Assembly (NCBI GenBank): GCA_051294375.1
Contig: CM119264.1
Span: 29,066,204 to 29,130,203 of the forward strand
Direction: 5' to 3'
Origin: Paraspadella gotoi
Lineage: Eukaryota; Animalia; Chaetognatha
DNA: 64,000 nt
How positions within the stretch are numbered: the stretch's first letter is position 1; each line of letters opens with the position of its first letter. The position numbers and the translations under genes were made by a program. The notes below the pieces were generated by a model that saw only the letters and a program-made list of their open reading frames with translations, was not told the DNA's origin and made no database searches. Of the stretch, positions 60,401-64,000 are shown piece by piece.

Positions 60401-63400
60401 GACAATATTTTTTTTTGTAAAATAAAATGGGGGCGCAGAAAGGTTTTTTTCTAACTTTTTTTGCGTTTATGGCCCCAGTCCGCGGAGAAAAAAGAAAATA
60501 AAGTTTTTTTCTGTTTTTTTATGTAATTCGCTCTATGGCGTTTTTTTTTTAAAGTAAATATTTATATTTAGAGATTTTTTTATAAATTATTTCTTTCGGT
60601 TGACCGTTTTAAATTTCATATCGTGGTTATTTTTTAACTTATGAATTATTTTATATAATTGTTTTATATTTATTTACCAGGGTTCTTTTCCAATTTCCAT
60701 AATTATCATAATTAAAACTCCGCTCCAAGAGCAGCTGAGTCACACCCACTTGGCTCTTTTTCTGGCGTATTTTTTCTCTCTAACAGTTCAACTTTGGCCC
60801 TTCCGTGCGCCATATCCGAAGGCTTAGGATCTAAATTTTTTACGACTATTAACATTCGATGGCGGCTCTAAGTTTCTCCTTTCTAGAAGGCTTTTTCTTT
60901 CTTTTTTACTGTGGGCCTTTGAACATAAGCCGGCGTCTCCTATTTTTTCTTAATATTTTTAATGCCTATTTGTTTTCAATTTTGAGAATAAATAGTTATT
61001 TAATTTCTTTCATTTTCGTTTCATTTCTGGTCCCTTTTGTTTAAAATTCGAATGGAAATTTTTTCCGGAATTCTCTCTGTGGCGTGGAGTTAAAGTTTGG
61101 TTGGGCTTTCTTTGAAATACGGATTCGATTATCTTTCTTCTTCGCGTAAAAGCGACCCGACAACGTTATTTATTTAAATTCATCTTTCCTTTCTATTTGT
61201 CCTCGCGTTCAAAAAAGGCTGACAGGTATTTGCTTCTATTTTTTTCGGCACTTAGCATTCTTTTTTTATTGGAGTGGCAAGCATATTCGTTTCCCGTTTC
61301 AACGATTTGTGTCACGTATTTTAGTATATATTTTATAATCATGTGTTAATTCCATTTTTTATTTGCCTTTATTTATTTCGAATTCTGCACAATACGTTCA
61401 CTCGATTGGCGTAGGGGCGCCTTTTGTGATGCCAGGAGTCTGCACGCTTGTTTTTTGTTTACTTTGACGTCCGCTCGGTATAACAAAACAAATTCGCTGA
61501 GAGGGGTGTTAAATTCATGAAGGCTGGCGGGATTTAGTTCGTGGGAGGGCTTGTCGTGTAAGCGGTAAGTTCACGGCCCGTACACAGCCTGCTTCGGTGT
61601 TCGACCATGTTATCTGAATAACTTAAAAAAAATTGATTCCTTTTTCAAAAATCTCATTTATTATTTTTTGCCTTTTTTTCACGTATATTTTGAACGAAAA
61701 TTTTTTAACATTATTTTAATTTGTGTAATCGTTGCTGATCAGGATTTCGCGATGTTACGTAGCGGATAACGTTATATTTCGTCATATTTTTCGTATACCG
61801 CCTCCGTAATATTGCGTTAATTGTTGACTCATCGATAGTTTTTCCTCTTCTTTTACGCGGCCCATCAGAAGCAAGATCATGATCACGACGAATGGTCGGA
61901 CGCAAGCTAAGCCACCGCACCTTTTTCTGCACCGCGTGCGAATTTTTACCTCTAAATTTTTTCACACACGTTGTCGGTGTAATGCACGCAATCAGTTCGG
62001 TTTTCGGAGCCGGTCTAGGTCTGGAATAGACGGTCGTGTCGCTGTCTGGTCAATGGATGACAACCGTCACGGGGGATTGGGGATCTGTCGCTCGGGATTC
62101 CAGCGAGAGGCTGGAAACGTCGCGAGAGTTACGGGTTTATAAGCTTAAGGGCACACACTCGGCGACAGGTGCGATTTGTAGAGTGAGGCTGTTATTGCCG
62201 TACTAGCTGTATGTTCTCCGGATATAGATATGTTCTAAGAGATGTAATAGAGTACACTGTTGTCACGCAGATGAGCAGACGTGATGTTCACACCATGTCA
62301 GAATAAATTTAGTGGAGCAGTAAAACTGACATAGCTGTATTTTTTAATGTTGGTGGAGGGAATGTCTCACCCTTATGCACTCGAACGTGATTATGAAGAT
62401 TGTTTAGTATTTAAATAAGAAGATATGAACTTGAATATTTATTTCTTTTTGACGATAATGCATTTTATGATTCGTATATTTTGTGTTGGATTGTTGGTTT
62501 TCGGACAGTTTTATTAACAGGCTCAATACTTCGTCCAATGTTCAACGCGACACCGACCCCGTGTCGTGACCCACAGGTGCCTCACCCGGAGACTTGATAT
62601 GCTTCGCGAGAGTAACCCCCAAGTGTGTACTTTCATCAGCCACCTGTATCATACGAGCCACTATTATATCTACCTCCACCCTCGCTCTTTTACGATCTCG
62701 TTCTCCGCGACTCGATTAGCGGATCGGGAAGAAACTTTGGCGGAAGGCTTTGCTCACCCGTCTTTCCCCCGAACATTACAAATAACGTCCGTTAGTTCTC
62801 TTACTTTTTGTATTATCTTGCTATTGAACAATTTGTTTATTCTTAACGGAGCGAACAGGGAATATCTCTTGTTCCCTCTTTCCGTTCGTAGACGGCCAGG
62901 ATGGGGAGCAACGGCTACATTTATTTATTTTAGTCCTAACTAGAAAATGTTATAGTATTTTTTAAAGAAATCTTTTAGGGCTTTATAATGAAGCTATCTT
63001 TAACGTGCTTTGGGTTCTGCGTCTATTTGTATTTTAAGAAATTTTTATACTGTTTTCCACGTTTTTTAGTAATTAAGTAAGGTCCTATATACCCACACGT
63101 AAATGTTACCTAAAGTAAGTGTTGATTAATATTAACGTGCTGACTTTTTATTTTTATATTAGATTGGAAACTTGACGGTCGTGACACAGAACATCGGCTG
63201 GCTCCGTCGCTTGCTGCTTTTGTACGGTCTTGGATCGGGTTACGTCCGTTCATGTGTTTTTTGTAATGTAGTTGAGAAGCAAAAGGGTAGATGATTGAAG
63301 TCGACGATAGGTCATTAGGGTTCTGTGTTTGTGGTATGAGTGTAGAGGTAGGAACAAAACCATACGACTCGCTAACAATAGAACGTAACTGTCCTCGTCT

Positions 63401-64000
63401 CGAAGTCGCTCGGAGAGCCCAGTTAAAGTGGACAAGAAGCACGAGGAAGTTAGACGAACTTACACCTTTCTATCGCTTTCGATGGATCGTGCTTATATGT
63501 TGCCAAAGCATTTCTACGCTGACCACCCACTGGATGCTGCGCGTTAAAAAAACGTAAAACCTCAATCGACCAGTTTCGTACTGCGTCCAAGATCTTTTTT
63601 GTCATCTTAGTGATCTAAGTTGTATGGTCTTGATTCTTGCATCTTGGCTGCGTGCTCGAGGATATTTGGAGAGAGCGTGACACAAAGTCGAAGCAGTGAC
63701 CGTATGTTTAGAGGAAAATGTGTCGAGTTATTTGATGTTTACGTATCAGGTACTCTTTGTTGAGAGAATAATTTTTATGCATTTATTTCTCTAGTTTGTC
63801 TGCCCCTAAATCATTATTTTTAATTCTCTGGGCTTTTTAATAATATTATTTTTTTTGCCTTTCGATTTTCCTTTTGTTATGAATACTCTGACGGTTCAGG
63901 AGTTTTCGTAGTCCTTTGTTTAGCAGCGCAATCAGTAAATTTAGTACCAAGCTTTAAGAGTATTGTCGGGAGTCGAAAGCGATGCAATAGTGCGACGAAC

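Noticed and set aside
62280-62800. Faint similarity to 55940-56420 at an offset of ~6.4 kb (possible very noisy duplicate of exon 1)
   Set aside because: Only short scattered word matches by eye. It needs a dot-plot and cannot be supported here.

Overview
Eukaryotic (probably invertebrate metazoan) genomic window. It is very rich in microsatellites and has five N-gaps and indel-noisy stretches that look like long-read gap fill. The main feature is a ~12.7-kb Ty3/Gypsy LTR retrotransposon on the minus strand (23120-35783) with both LTRs, a tRNA-Gly-like PBS, a PPT, gag and a frameshifted PR-RT-RNaseH-IN pol. It carries two unusual cargoes. The first is an intact ~300-aa unknown ORF between the PBS and gag. 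The second, in the env position, is a probably single ~1000-aa ORF with an apparently active DEDDy 3'-5' exonuclease domain (D-x-E / D / YxxxD all present) followed by a second, apparently catalytically dead exonuclease-like domain. The window also holds an inverted partial pol copy, a ~5.3-kb tandem duplication whose second copy has a tandem-TRIM-like insertion, Helentron/HINE-like non-autonomous elements, AT-rich foldback elements, a tRNA-derived SINE, several mini/satellites, and a four-exon host gene (minus strand, 51438-56404) for a 284-aa single-pass membrane protein I do not recognise. All calls were made by eye and no database searches were run.
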